A stretch of DNA of 64,000 nt from Candidatus Dojkabacteria bacterium UBA2022 (GCA_002335495.1 DDBW01000006.1:72-64071), one strand, 5' to 3'; positions 17,869 through 28,316 are shown, numbered from the stretch's first letter. Numbers and translations are program-made. The notes: generated by a model from the sequence alone, not told the origin.

Positions 17869-19000
17869 TGAAATTAGTTTTATTAAATCTATTAAGTTCA
17901 AACTTGCTATTTGGTATTCAACTCTACTATTTATCTTCTCAATTGGCTTTGTATTCATTTTAAACATAATTGCCGTTAAATATATTGAGAATCAGCCTGC
18001 GTTTCCACAGCCGGTGGGTATGTTTAGGCGTGGAGCAATTGTTAGAGAAATCACTGAGACTGAAAGACTCCTTTTGCACGAAGCTCGTATGAAGGATCTT
18101 GAAAATTTCAGGGAACTCTCTTTCTACTCAATCATCCCTATCGTGCTACTTAGTTTTGTGGGTGGTTACGTTATTGCTGATAGGAACTTGAGTCCTTTGG
18201 AAAAACTAAATGCGGAAATGAGAAGAAGAAATGTGGGTGATCTTTCAACTTCAATTGAGTTTAAGGATAGGGGGGATGAGATCTCCGAACTCATGAATAG
18301 TTTCAATGCTATGTCTGAACGTATACACAGAACTTTTGAATCGCAAAAGGAGTTTGTTGAAAATGTATCGCATGAAATCAAAACTCCATTGGCAATTATT
18401 CAGGCTAATTTAGATTCCGCCCTGGAGGATAAAAAGATATCTAGGGATGAATTGGAAGATATTTTAAATGAGTCAAAAAAGTCTGTAAAAACGATGAATC
18501 ATCTAACGGAGGATCTCCTCCTTCTCTCTGTTTTGCAACATGATATTGCTAAGGAAAAGGTTAGTATTAAGGATATCCTGGATAGTTGTGCTAGTGATGT
18601 GAAGAAGATTGCTAATGGGTTTGAAATTAACATTAACAGTAATGGAAAGGATGTCATGGTATACGGAAATAGTATGTTGCTTAGCCGGGCTATTTCAAAT
18701 ATCTTGGAGAACGCTGTTAAATACTCAGGTGGGAGGATTATTACAGTTAAGGTTGGTAGTAGCGACCAAAAAGACGTTGTTATTTCTATAGCTGACGATG
18801 GGGTTGGTATTCCAAAGGAACAGAGAAAGAAGATTTTTGAGAGATTCTATAGATTAGATAAAGGGAGGTCTAGGAAAGAGGGAGGTAGAGGACTTGGGCT
18901 TGCTATTACGAGTGAAATAATCAAGAACCATGGAGGTAGTATAAAGGTTGTAGATAGTGAGAAGGGGGCTGAGTTTGAAATTAGGCTTGAGAGTGCTTAG
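17861..19000 (+). CDS. Sensor histidine kinase (TM-HAMP-HisKA-HATPase_c)
   Basis: VSHEIKTPL H-box; N, G1, G2 boxes (DDGVGIP, GGRGLGLAI); overlaps the RR stop by 8 nt. Confidence 0.9.
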   Translation: MNSEISFIKSIKFKLAIWYSTLLFIFSIGFVFILNIIAVKYIENQPAFPQPVGMFRRGAIVREITETERLLLHEARMKDLENFRELSFYSIIPIVLLSFVGGYVIADRNLSPLEKLNAEMRRRNVGDLSTSIEFKDRGDEISELMNSFNAMSERIHRTFESQKEFVENVSHEIKTPLAIIQANLDSALEDKKISRDELEDILNESKKSVKTMNHLTEDLLLLSVLQHDIAKEKVSIKDILDSCASDVKKIANGFEININSNGKDVMVYGNSMLLSRAISNILENAVKYSGGRIITVKVGSSDQKDVVISIADDGVGIPKEQRKKIFERFYRLDKGRSRKEGGRGLGLAITSEIIKNHGGSIKVVDSEKGAEFEIRLESA

Positions 19001-19541
19001 TTGTCAGTTCGACTGCGACCTTTTCAATAACAGCCTCGAAGTTATTTGAAGTATCATAATAGTTAATTCCGGAACTTTTACAGATTTCATAAATACTATT
19101 ACTTCTTCTTATCCAACTTGCTATCCATTCCTTTAGTTGAGTTTCCTCAATATCATAGGTCCATTCTGCTTCACTTGGGTTTTCTCTTATATCAAATAAC
19201 TTCTTTTCAGGGGTTGTATCTTTATATCCCAGGAAACAAATTTTTACATATTCATAGTCTTTTATTGTTGCAAGGTCTTCTGGATTAAAGTTTGTTCCCT
19301 CCATTACATAATCGCTTTTATACCATCTATATTCTTCCATTATCCCTTTAAAGAATGGCCATAGTATCGGAGTCTTATCTCTATCACGCATGTCTTCCTG
19401 TATACCAAGTTGCGGATAGGCCTTTCCAAGAGCGTCCCTTAGAATATCGGTTGAGATATATGGAATAGAGTACTTTCTGTTAAGTAACTTTGCTAACTGG
19501 CTCTTACCACTTCTGGGTACTCCGGATATTACATATAGCAT
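18981..19541 (-). CDS. P-loop NTPase/kinase-like protein
   Basis: GVPRSGKS Walker A; 186 aa. Confidence 0.55.
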   Translation of the reverse strand: MLYVISGVPRSGKSQLAKLLNRKYSIPYISTDILRDALGKAYPQLGIQEDMRDRDKTPILWPFFKGIMEEYRWYKSDYVMEGTNFNPEDLATIKDYEYVKICFLGYKDTTPEKKLFDIRENPSEAEWTYDIEETQLKEWIASWIRRSNSIYEICKSSGINYYDTSNNFEAVIEKVAVELTTKHSQA

Positions 19542-19542
19542 C

Positions 19543-19875
19543 TCAGTATATTCTTTTTATTTTAAATCTTATCACTTTTACCTCTGTATCTTTATCTACT
19601 CTATCTCCATAGTATGCTTTGTAGCTTTCGAGGGCATCTTCTACAGGTTCATGTCCTTCGTAGTCCTCCGGTTGTAGCGTCGAAATAGTTCTTACATTTA
19701 CTTTCTCAATTATGGCTTCTCCGAACTCTGTAATAATTTCTCCATCTCTAGTTGCTAGAATAATCTCATCATTCTCAGACAGATCTTTATCGTCAAATAT
19801 TCTCCATGTGACATTTTTCAACCCTTGTTTTACAAGCTGCGTTAATTCGGGAGTGAATTTTACAGTTTTCTTCAT
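19543..19875 (-). CDS. ASCH (PUA-like) domain protein
   Basis: 110 aa; ASCH-like pattern (VKQGLKNVTWR...). Confidence 0.5.
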   Translation of the reverse strand: MKKTVKFTPELTQLVKQGLKNVTWRIFDDKDLSENDEIILATRDGEIITEFGEAIIEKVNVRTISTLQPEDYEGHEPVEDALESYKAYYGDRVDKDTEVKVIRFKIKRIY

Positions 19876-19939
19876 ATCAGTACTTTATTCAAAATACTGT
19901 ACCTAGTCAAATAAATTGAGTATTATTACCTAAATAATA

Positions 19940-20590
19940 TTGAATATATCTACAATGAAACTACTTCTAACTTCAATTGGAATATGTAACGACACACTGG
20001 ATAGAGAACTTGAGAGTTTAGTTGGAAAATCCAAATTAGATATCAAAATTGGTGTTGTTTGCACAGCGGGTCTTGTTGAAGGAGGAAGCAAAGATGTATT
20101 TCTTGATTCAATGAACAACCTTAGGAAATATGGGTACAGATGGATTGATATTATGGATATATCCAATCCTAACCATGACTGGAAAAGCAGGTTATCACAA
20201 TGTGATGTTATTTATGTCTCAGGTGGAAATACTTTCTTTCTAATGGATCAGTGTAGAAAGGTTGGATTTGACCAGTGGCTGAAGGATAATATTGAGAATC
20301 ATGTCTATGTGGGAGTTAGTGCAGGGTCTATTACTGTAGGAAAGTCTGTTGAGATTGCTACGGTTGAACCTGCTGATGATAATTTTGTAGGAATGGCTGA
20401 CTTTACGGGTATGGGACTTGTCCCTTTTAACCTCTCTCCTCACTCCCCAGATATGGTTAGTTATGAGAGCAACGAAGAGTATCAGAAGAAAGATGGAGGA
20501 GTATTATATGCATATGATGAGCAGAGTGCAGTTAAGGTTGAGGGAGATAGTACTGAGATTGTTGGAGGAGGGAAAATCTTTAGTTTGTAG
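19940..20590 (+). CDS. Peptidase S51 family (dipeptidase E/cyanophycinase-like)
   Basis: VYVGVSAGSI nucleophile motif; 216 aa. Confidence 0.65.
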   Translation: MNISTMKLLLTSIGICNDTLDRELESLVGKSKLDIKIGVVCTAGLVEGGSKDVFLDSMNNLRKYGYRWIDIMDISNPNHDWKSRLSQCDVIYVSGGNTFFLMDQCRKVGFDQWLKDNIENHVYVGVSAGSITVGKSVEIATVEPADDNFVGMADFTGMGLVPFNLSPHSPDMVSYESNEEYQKKDGGVLYAYDEQSAVKVEGDSTEIVGGGKIFSL

Positions 20591-20930
20591 ATTCTTCCTT
20601 CACTCTAAATCTTACTATCTTTTTTATTAATTCAATAGGGAAGGGTTTATTATGTGGGAATTGTACGGCTCCTTTACTGGTAGTATATGGTTTCAACTCT
20701 TTTTCAAAAGCCTTTATCCCTGATGGGATAGGGTAGAAGCCAATATGATTTTTATACCCTGCAAAGTGTACTAAGTTTCTTTTTAGCTTATACGTGGGCA
20801 TTTGGTATCCAATTGTTTCAGTGGCTTCTGGAACGAGGCCCTTAATGGTTTCTCTGAGTAGAATTAATCTCTCTTTTACCTCTCCTTCAAACTGTGAAAT
20901 ATACTCATCTACATTTGTAATCTTATTCAT
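20580..20930 (-). CDS. DUF1801 (YdhG-like) domain protein
   Basis: Start trimmed to internal MNKITNVDEY; domain pattern HFAGYKNHIGFYP. Confidence 0.45.
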   Translation of the reverse strand: MNKITNVDEYISQFEGEVKERLILLRETIKGLVPEATETIGYQMPTYKLKRNLVHFAGYKNHIGFYPIPSGIKAFEKELKPYTTSKGAVQFPHNKPFPIELIKKIVRFRVKEESTN

Positions 20931-20976
20931 ATCTACATCATACCATAAGTGGACTATAGGGTGTATAATTAACCCT

Positions 20977-21474
20977 ATGGTAAGAGGAAGATTTGAAGAA
21001 AATTTAAATGTATCACAGGACGTTGCTCTCGCTATCGAGGTTTGGGTCACACGAACTGACCATCTTATTATTCCTGATCCTCAATGGGGGAGAATTTTAA
21101 AAGGTGCAGAAATTGATTCTGCCTGTGAACCCATTGTAGAAAAGATTCGGGATCAATTTTATTTAGAGGGCTTAACGTCGTCTGTGGCTATTGGAGTTAT
21201 GGAAGCGGGGGCATTCCACCCACCATTTATTCGTAATGTGGCAGGAGTACCAAATGCAGTGAGGGTTTATAAAATACTCGCAGGAGGTTTTACCTGTTTA
21301 CAAGATAGGGTTGCTACTTATATGGATTCATCTTCTGATGTTATATGTATCGGCAATGGAGATGTGTTCTCATTTAAAGCTGGGGATATAGGATGTGTAT
21401 ATACAATTGTAGATTTCCCGGCTTTTTCACTGGAGTACGATGCTAACGATATTACATCTGAATTAGCAACCTAA
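20977..21474 (+). CDS. Hypothetical protein
   Basis: Internal Met of ORF 20794..21474, chosen so it no longer overlaps the opposite-strand gene. Confidence 0.3.
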   Translation: MVRGRFEENLNVSQDVALAIEVWVTRTDHLIIPDPQWGRILKGAEIDSACEPIVEKIRDQFYLEGLTSSVAIGVMEAGAFHPPFIRNVAGVPNAVRVYKILAGGFTCLQDRVATYMDSSSDVICIGNGDVFSFKAGDIGCVYTIVDFPAFSLEYDANDITSELAT

Positions 21475-22217
21475 GCGACACAGTTGTGCATATTAATTTC
21501 TTTTACGTCGTCAACCTTTTCCGCGTGTATAATTAAACTGCTTCCAAGATGAGGAAACAATTTTGCAAGAAAATACGATTCAAGTCTATTTTTCTTAAAA
21601 GAGGCAAACCTGATTCTATTAGATTTTAAGTCTAGTACTTTAAGTCCTGATGAGGTCATTAGCTGTTTGAGCATTCTAAAATTGAAGGGTCTAATATGAA
21701 AGCGATGGATTTCACAAAGTGGATTTATGTGACGTACAGGAAATCCAAGTAGGAACTTAATTCTATCATCAAAACCGTTAAGATTAGGGGTTGTAAGTAC
21801 AAGTTTTCCTCCTGGTTTGAGTATTCTGTTTATTTCAAGCATGTGAAGGTTTGTGTTAAAGAGGTGCTCCAAGGTCTCGCCTGAGTATATAATGTCAAAC
21901 ATCTTGCTTTCATATGGTAGTGCTTCTTCAAGATTGGCAACAATCGCTTTTACTCCTTTCTCTTTTGCTTTTCTTACAGATGTTGGGGAAATGTCTATTC
22001 CATACACTTCGATGCGTTTGGATATAAGCTTTTCCAGTAGTCTCCCATCTCCACATCCAATGTCGAGTATTTTAATCTTGTTACTAGAGTTGCTGTTTAT
22101 TGATTTCTCAATAAATTTGCAGGCAATATTATTCCTAACTCGATGGGACTTTTTATCTAAATAGTTATGTCCCAAGGGGGACTCGAAGCTCTGGCAGTTT
22201 TCAAGAGCTATATCCAT
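21471..22217 (-). CDS. Class I SAM-dependent methyltransferase
   Basis: ILDIGCGDGRLLEKL motif I; VLTTPN. Confidence 0.8.
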   Translation of the reverse strand: MDIALENCQSFESPLGHNYLDKKSHRVRNNIACKFIEKSINSNSSNKIKILDIGCGDGRLLEKLISKRIEVYGIDISPTSVRKAKEKGVKAIVANLEEALPYESKMFDIIYSGETLEHLFNTNLHMLEINRILKPGGKLVLTTPNLNGFDDRIKFLLGFPVRHINPLCEIHRFHIRPFNFRMLKQLMTSSGLKVLDLKSNRIRFASFKKNRLESYFLAKLFPHLGSSLIIHAEKVDDVKEINMHNCVA

Positions 22218-22287
22218 TAATCCAGTTTACTAATTTGGTCGTAGATTATATATCTTCGATTCGTAAAAAGGAATACATGCAAACTGG

Positions 22288-22536
22288 TTATCTGTACTCA
22301 GTACATTTAGGTGTACCTGGTGTCTCGCAGTACATCAATGTGCATGCTTCGAGTTTTCCGTTCCTCACACTACAAGTATTGCATCCGTCATACCAGGAGG
22401 TACATCCTTTCGGAATTTCTCCATTGTTATTTGGTGTATCTTTAGAAGTCATGTATTGGGTTATGAATATAACCGATGATGTTAGAGCAATTAAAGATAG
22501 CAGGGCATAGATTATAAATTTTTGAGATTGGTTCAT
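22288..22536 (-). CDS. Small secreted/membrane Cys-rich protein (82 aa)
   Basis: Hydrophobic N-terminus and 6 Cys in the C-terminal 40 aa. Confidence 0.35.
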   Translation of the reverse strand: MNQSQKFIIYALLSLIALTSSVIFITQYMTSKDTPNNNGEIPKGCTSWYDGCNTCSVRNGKLEACTLMYCETPGTPKCTEYR

Positions 22537-22561
22537 ATAAATAGAGTATCACTTTTCATAT

Positions 22562-23122
22562 ATGGTATGTAGTAGTTCGCAAATGTATAATATAGCCATG
22601 AGAATATTCATATTAGGAGGACAGAGTTTAAGTAATAGAGAGTGGGTGCTTGAGATTAAAGAAAGTATAAATGATTCCTTTACCACTGTAGATGTTATTG
22701 ATTATGAACATTGGAAGAAGGGTGAGGGAAGGGCAGATGTTGATCTTGAGAGTAGTAGGTTTATTGAGAAGGTTAATTCGTTGCCCGAGGATTACATGAT
22801 TTTTGCGAAGTCCATTGGAACTGTGATATTCCTGAATTCATTATCCAGATTAAAAAAGCTTCCTACTAAAGTGGTTATGGTAGGAGTTCCTCTTAATGTT
22901 GCCAAAGAGCAGGGCTATGATTTTGAAAAATTAAAAGAGGTAACTGAATTTCCTATTGCAATTCATCAGAAGAAGAACGATCCTTTTTCTGATTATGAAA
23001 ATCTTAGAGTTTTAGAAGGAGGAATGGTAAAGGTTAATGTGTATCCTTGTCTGAACGAACCTGAGAATGATCATCACTATGCAAATATGGAAACGGTTGG
23101 GGGGATTATTCTTGGTAGTTAG
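22562..23122 (+). CDS. Hypothetical protein, possibly alpha/beta-hydrolase-like
   Basis: ORF; weak Rossmann-like start (RIFILGG). Confidence 0.35.
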   Translation: MVCSSSQMYNIAMRIFILGGQSLSNREWVLEIKESINDSFTTVDVIDYEHWKKGEGRADVDLESSRFIEKVNSLPEDYMIFAKSIGTVIFLNSLSRLKKLPTKVVMVGVPLNVAKEQGYDFEKLKEVTEFPIAIHQKKNDPFSDYENLRVLEGGMVKVNVYPCLNEPENDHHYANMETVGGIILGS

Positions 23123-23780
23123 TAATCTCAGATAGTACTGTTTTGTACAAATCTACTTTATATTCTCCCGTAAAGTCGTGGTCACCTTCTAATTCAATTA
23201 GCTTTGCATTGGAAATTTTGTCCAGATCCGCCGATTGTGTGAGCCCATCTTTGTTTCCGTAAATAAGGGTTAGAGGTAGTTTACTACCAAGCTTGTTGTA
23301 TAAATCGTATTGATTTGTATTAAATCTCTCTGTCCAGTACTCTGGTGGAATCACTGTTACTTTCCCGTCCGAATGTAGTCTTCTTGATATACTGTTAAAA
23401 TCTGTTGTACTTCCAGGTCTTGAATTGTATCTGTCTTCAACAGCTTTTCGATCTGTTAGAAAGAATGGAGATATTCCAATTACCTTCAACACTCCTTCTA
23501 CATCACATAGAGTTGGTATCAATGAACCTTGGGATTGGGCAACTATAACTATATTCTCGCTTGCATCCCGGATGTTGTTAATTTGTTTTTGTAAAACTTT
23601 TGCATGCTCGGAAAAGGGTGTAGTAAATACTTCTTTGGTCTCTTCGTTATAGTCGTAGTAGTCAAAGAGAACTGTTTTATATCCTAGCTTATCAAGTTTC
23701 TTTGAAAAGTACGTAAATAGTCCTAGGTTATCTTTTCTAATACCAAATCCATGGGAAAATAGAATTGTTGGTTTACTCAT
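23106..23780 (-). CDS. alpha/beta hydrolase (serine hydrolase)
   Basis: ILFSHGFG; AQSQGS GxSxG elbow. Confidence 0.65.
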   Translation of the reverse strand: MSKPTILFSHGFGIRKDNLGLFTYFSKKLDKLGYKTVLFDYYDYNEETKEVFTTPFSEHAKVLQKQINNIRDASENIVIVAQSQGSLIPTLCDVEGVLKVIGISPFFLTDRKAVEDRYNSRPGSTTDFNSISRRLHSDGKVTVIPPEYWTERFNTNQYDLYNKLGSKLPLTLIYGNKDGLTQSADLDKISNAKLIELEGDHDFTGEYKVDLYKTVLSEITNYQE

Positions 23781-23829
23781 AATGTTTTGATTATATCATT
23801 TACTATAACTCCTAGAACATTAAAATACT

Positions 23830-24408
23830 TTGATGATAGTATGGTGTGATATGTATATTGAATTTTTAGCATTATATCTCTTCTGGTTTATTGCGTGGGG
23901 AATATATAACTACTATTTTAATCTGAAGGGATTTTCAACAGAGTATACACCGCTGCGTACCTCATTATTTTTCTACTTCCTTTTCTGCCTTCTTTTTATT
24001 AGCTTCGATTTAGTTGTATATACAGAGAACCTTGCTTCTTGGTGGTTAGGGGTTGGGGCGTTAGTAGGTCTTTGTACTACTCGAAATATCTACTTTGCAC
24101 GCTTTTCTAACTCCCTTTTTCAAATGCTTTGGGTTTATGCTTTGTCAGTTGTTATTACAACTGACCTTTTACATCTTGCTTTGTTATTTTTTGTAGGTCA
24201 TATCCCTATTTTTCTCCTTCCGCATTTAAGTAATAAGGGTCGTCTATTTATATTTGTATCTTCTTTCGCAGGGGGAATTATATTTGCATTAATATATCAT
24301 AGTTTTGATTTTCTTCCTGCCATAGTAGTTAACTCATTAATTCATACTTTGTTCTATGCAATTCTTAGACCATACGATAGAAAACTTCATATGAATATAA
24401 TTAATTAG
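23830..24408 (+). CDS. Polytopic membrane protein
   Basis: Five or six hydrophobic helices. Confidence 0.4.
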   Translation: MMIVWCDMYIEFLALYLFWFIAWGIYNYYFNLKGFSTEYTPLRTSLFFYFLFCLLFISFDLVVYTENLASWWLGVGALVGLCTTRNIYFARFSNSLFQMLWVYALSVVITTDLLHLALLFFVGHIPIFLLPHLSNKGRLFIFVSSFAGGIIFALIYHSFDFLPAIVVNSLIHTLFYAILRPYDRKLHMNIIN

Positions 24409-24427
24409 TAATGATATAGTTTGGCAT

Positions 24428-24772
24428 GTGAAGAGATATTGTGAACAAGCAATTGCCGGACCAACTACAGATGAAATTGAGTTAGGATTAAGGCCTACCT
24501 TTGGTGATAATAGAACAATTTGGTTTGCATCTGCATCTAATTGTAATAACAAAGATTTCAATATAACTACTCAATCCAATGGTTACGTTACAATTCAATT
24601 TTGTAGAGATACAATGCTTGCGGGGGATATGTCAGGGTTCATAATAGAACAACAGTTTGAAAGTACTCTTAAGGAGTTTGATGATGTAACGAAGGTTCGA
24701 ATTCTTGATTCAAAAGGACAGTGTTTTAATGATATGAGAGGTGATCCCGACCCTAATACCTGTTATAGATGA
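24428..24772 (+). CDS. Hypothetical protein
   Basis: ORF (GTG start). Confidence 0.3.
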   Translation: MKRYCEQAIAGPTTDEIELGLRPTFGDNRTIWFASASNCNNKDFNITTQSNGYVTIQFCRDTMLAGDMSGFIIEQQFESTLKEFDDVTKVRILDSKGQCFNDMRGDPDPNTCYR

Positions 24773-24785
24773 TTGAAGCAGGAGT

Positions 24786-25415
24786 TTGAGGTATACTGTT
24801 TGTATGGATAAGAACTCTGATTTGCTTAAAATTCTCGATTTTTTTAGAGTTGTCATAAGACTCAAAGAAACATATCGATTTACTCCTAAGGGCGAGAATG
24901 TATTCGAAAATGATGCTGAACACTCTTGGAGTGTAGTTATGCTTTGTATGCTTATAGGTAAAAGGGTGGGTGAGGAGTTAAAGGTTGAAATAGATGTAGA
25001 GAAGATGCTTAAAATGGCCGCGTTGCATGATATTGCAGAGGTGATTACGGGAGATACAAAGACGTGGGATAGTAATGCACGAGTTTCCAAGGAAGAGAGG
25101 GAGAGGAGGGCTGTTACAGAAATGTTTCAAAAACTTCCTAATGACCTTCGTGATGAATTTATAATATTGTGGGAAGAGTGCGAAGCTAGATCTACAGTAG
25201 AAGCTAAGATTGTTAAGTCTCTTGATAGGGTCGAGCCAGTTCTTCATAGAGTTCTACTCAACTACGGATGGGGAAATTTCGGGAAAGATGATCCTGAAAA
25301 AACAGTAGCTGCTTTAGATGAAAGACAGCTTGTTAGACATGAGTTCTCAAATATTCTCACTCAACTCTACAAGGAGATTAGGCAGGAGGCATTAGATAGG
25401 AAGATGTTAGAGTAA
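24786..25415 (+). CDS. HD-domain phosphohydrolase (YfbR-like 5'-deoxynucleotidase family)
   Basis: ENDAEHSW...LHDIAE HD motif. Confidence 0.7.
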   Translation: MRYTVCMDKNSDLLKILDFFRVVIRLKETYRFTPKGENVFENDAEHSWSVVMLCMLIGKRVGEELKVEIDVEKMLKMAALHDIAEVITGDTKTWDSNARVSKEERERRAVTEMFQKLPNDLRDEFIILWEECEARSTVEAKIVKSLDRVEPVLHRVLLNYGWGNFGKDDPEKTVAALDERQLVRHEFSNILTQLYKEIRQEALDRKMLE

Positions 25416-25423
25416 TTTGAGCT

Positions 25424-26323
25424 ATGGATACATCACTTTTCGAAATCTACAAACAATCTCATGAGTATACTCTATGGCCTTTAAAAGAAGATAAGTTCCT
25501 ATCTATTCTATATGGTACCGATAGCAGTGATATAAATAATCAAACTAAGGTCTTTACCCATATAGAATCCAATAATCCTGTTGGATTTGTTTCTGCCAAA
25601 ATCAAAGATAGCAAAGGAGTTATTGTTTTCCTATTTGTTTCCCCCGAATCTAGATTGAAGGGAGTAGGCACGTCTCTTCTTAAACAATCCCTTGAATGGT
25701 TTAAACAGAATGATGTTCATGAAATTGCATTGGGGGCTAAAGCAGGTTCCTATATATTTCCAGGACTACCCAAGAATTTGGGAATAGAAGGCTTCTTTAA
25801 AAAGAATGGATTTGAAATTTCAGATGATGGGCTAGTTGATATGTATCAAGATATAACTAACTGGGATGTACCACAAAGTGTATTTGATAGTGTTGAGAGT
25901 GAGAATGTGAAGATCAATTTTTCGAATGAGAAAGTTGCAAAGGATATTGTGGAATTTACTAAAAATAATTTTCCCAATTGGTATGATAACTACAAATTTG
26001 ATATGGAGAGGAAGAAGTATGAGAAGGTATTCTATGCAAGTATTGGAGATGAAATTGTTGGGATAAGCAAACTGTGGGTTGGAGACTGTGTATGGGATTT
26101 ACTATTTGAAAACAATGTGGGAGGTGGTGGAGCCTTGGGGGTATCAGAAAAGCACAGAGGTAAGGGGATTGGACTCGCTATGAAGGCTTGGGGAACCATT
26201 AAGATTAAAGAAAAGGGTATAAAATATGTATGGATTGGTTGGACCTACGCAGTAGATTTTTATAAAAAACTTGGATTTAAAGTCTGGAGAGAATATTATA
26301 AAGGTAAGTTAATGTTGAAATAA
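25424..26323 (+). CDS. Tandem GNAT N-acetyltransferase
   Basis: Two acetyl-CoA motifs (RLKGVGTSLL; HRGKGIGLAM). Confidence 0.7.
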   Translation: MDTSLFEIYKQSHEYTLWPLKEDKFLSILYGTDSSDINNQTKVFTHIESNNPVGFVSAKIKDSKGVIVFLFVSPESRLKGVGTSLLKQSLEWFKQNDVHEIALGAKAGSYIFPGLPKNLGIEGFFKKNGFEISDDGLVDMYQDITNWDVPQSVFDSVESENVKINFSNEKVAKDIVEFTKNNFPNWYDNYKFDMERKKYEKVFYASIGDEIVGISKLWVGDCVWDLLFENNVGGGGALGVSEKHRGKGIGLAMKAWGTIKIKEKGIKYVWIGWTYAVDFYKKLGFKVWREYYKGKLMLK

Positions 26324-26327
26324 TAAT

Positions 26328-27362
26328 ATGAAAAATTTCTTTATAATCCACGGTACTGATGGTCACTCACAGGAGAATTGGTTTCCATGGATGAAGCAAC
26401 AGTTAGAATCAAGAGGATACGAGTGTATTGTTCCTGATTTTCCATGTGAAGATGGTCATCAGCTCTCTAAATGGTATGGTGAGATGGATAAGTATAAAGA
26501 TAATATTACTGAAGAAACTATCTTCATTGCTCATTCAAGAGGAGTTTCATTTATTCTTAACCTTCTTACAGATTTCAATTACAAAATAGACTCACTATAT
26601 ATGATTGGAGGTTTTATAGATTATTTATGGCAAAAACCTAATACCCCTCCGACATCTTTCTTTGCTAAACCTTTTGACTATATGAAGATTAAGAAGCAGT
26701 GTAGTAGGTTTGTTAATTATCAATCTGATAATGATCCATATATTCCTGTTGAACATGGCAAGAAAGTGAGTGATGTTTTAAATGCCCGATACGAGTTTAT
26801 TCCCAATGCCGGGCATTTCAATACGGCTGCTGGTTATACTGCTTTTGATGTCCTTCTGGATGATATTCTTGGTGAATCAGAAGATAAGCTCAGAATTATT
26901 AGAGAAAATATAGATGGCTATAATTACTTTCAAAATACCCTAGAAATTCTCTCTGCTGACGAACTTCAAACCCCGAATATTTTGGGGCACTGGGGAGTCA
27001 AAGAAATTATAGCTCATCTCTCGGGTTGGGAGACTATTGTGCTGGGGGAGATTGAGCAGATCCTAGAGGATAGGCTTCCTGATACCGTTGGTATTCCTGA
27101 CCAGGAGGTTGATAGGATAAATATTGAGGAGGTTAATAAGCGGAAAGGTTTGAGCTTTGAAGAGACTGTGCAGGACTGGAGGAATACTTTTAAAAATTTG
27201 CATGAAAAACTTGAAACTTTATCTGCGGATGATTATAGTAAAGTAGTTAGCAAGCTCGATCGTAGTACAAGTATAAAAGAAATCTTTGATTATCGGTACG
27301 AGGGCTTCGATCATACTACTGCTCACGCTAAGCAAATCAGAGGTTTCTTCAATAAAGAGTGA
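26328..27362 (+). CDS. Fusion of a YdeN/RBBP9-like serine hydrolase with a ClbS/DfsB (DUF1706) four-helix-bundle domain
   Basis: FIIHG...IAHSRG hydrolase half; C-terminal W-rich DUF1706-like half. Confidence 0.55.
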   Translation: MKNFFIIHGTDGHSQENWFPWMKQQLESRGYECIVPDFPCEDGHQLSKWYGEMDKYKDNITEETIFIAHSRGVSFILNLLTDFNYKIDSLYMIGGFIDYLWQKPNTPPTSFFAKPFDYMKIKKQCSRFVNYQSDNDPYIPVEHGKKVSDVLNARYEFIPNAGHFNTAAGYTAFDVLLDDILGESEDKLRIIRENIDGYNYFQNTLEILSADELQTPNILGHWGVKEIIAHLSGWETIVLGEIEQILEDRLPDTVGIPDQEVDRINIEEVNKRKGLSFEETVQDWRNTFKNLHEKLETLSADDYSKVVSKLDRSTSIKEIFDYRYEGFDHTTAHAKQIRGFFNKE

Positions 27363-27719
27363 TTTTTCTTAGTCTTCTAACCTTTTTCTAAAGGTTTTTG
27401 TTACTCATCAATCAGACTGTTACTTAGGCACTCTTAATTTCTTTCACAACATTTTACGCCGCCCTATAATTTCTATCTCTTGTTTTCCATATGGTTTAGG
27501 TGTACCTAGTGAGTAGGAAGCGATGACCCATCCTATACACTTGGTCGCTAGGAAGGATGGAGAGTTAATAGCGAACCCACTCCTAACTACTAGGGGGCGG
27601 TAGTACTTACATTCTCCCAAATAAACCTTATCTCACCTCCATATCTAACTTTTGTATATGAAAGGAGGATAGATAAAGGGTTTAAAATTTTCTCTCTATT
27701 TATTTAATATTCGATCACT

Positions 27720-28316
27720 ATGAAAAGGATATTAGCTAGCTTGGTAACTATAGCTCTGCTTGGAGCCTTAGCCGCAGGTGCAACCTTTGCTGTATTCACG
27801 GATCAGGAAGTGTTAGGAAGCAACACCGTTGCTACCGGAACCCTTGCCCTTACCTTGAATCACTCAGCAGGTAAGCCATATTCGATCTCAAATGCATACC
27901 CAGGGTATGTGGGAAGCTGGGAGCATATTGATATCTTTAATGCTGGTACATTACCTTTTGAAGGCTACCTTAGTTTCAACAAAACTGGGGGAGATACAGG
28001 TTTGTACAATGAGCTTACGATGAAGATAGAGACTGCGGGAGGAGATGGTTTATGTAATACCAATGACTTTGCCGAGAACCTTATATATAACGGTAAGGTC
28101 TCCGCTTTCACACCACAAACTTTGGTAAGTAGCCTTAACTATTGGCACTTAGCAAATGAGGATGATGCAAGTGGCTCTCCAGCAGATAATATAAGGAGCA
28201 ACTGGACAGAGAGACTCTGTCAGCAAGTTGGAGTTGATGTCAGTGCGGGTAATAGCATAATGGGAAAGAGCGTTACTTTCTCAGAAGTTGTTGATGCCAT
28301 GCAGGATAACGACTAA
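27720..28316 (+). CDS. SipW-cognate-signal-peptide protein (TasA/camelysin-like secreted protein)
   Basis: LGALAAGATFAVFTDQEVLGSNTVATGTLAL fits the xGTxAxF[ST]D...N.[FI].[AT]GTL.L signature of the SipW-cognate class; SD AAAGGAGG upstream. Confidence 0.6.
   Translation: MKRILASLVTIALLGALAAGATFAVFTDQEVLGSNTVATGTLALTLNHSAGKPYSISNAYPGYVGSWEHIDIFNAGTLPFEGYLSFNKTGGDTGLYNELTMKIETAGGDGLCNTNDFAENLIYNGKVSAFTPQTLVSSLNYWHLANEDDASGSPADNIRSNWTERLCQQVGVDVSAGNSIMGKSVTFSEVVDAMQDND

Noticed and set aside
22235-22510. 91-aa plus-strand ORF
   Set aside because: Overlaps the more plausible minus-strand Cys-rich secreted protein; no start context.
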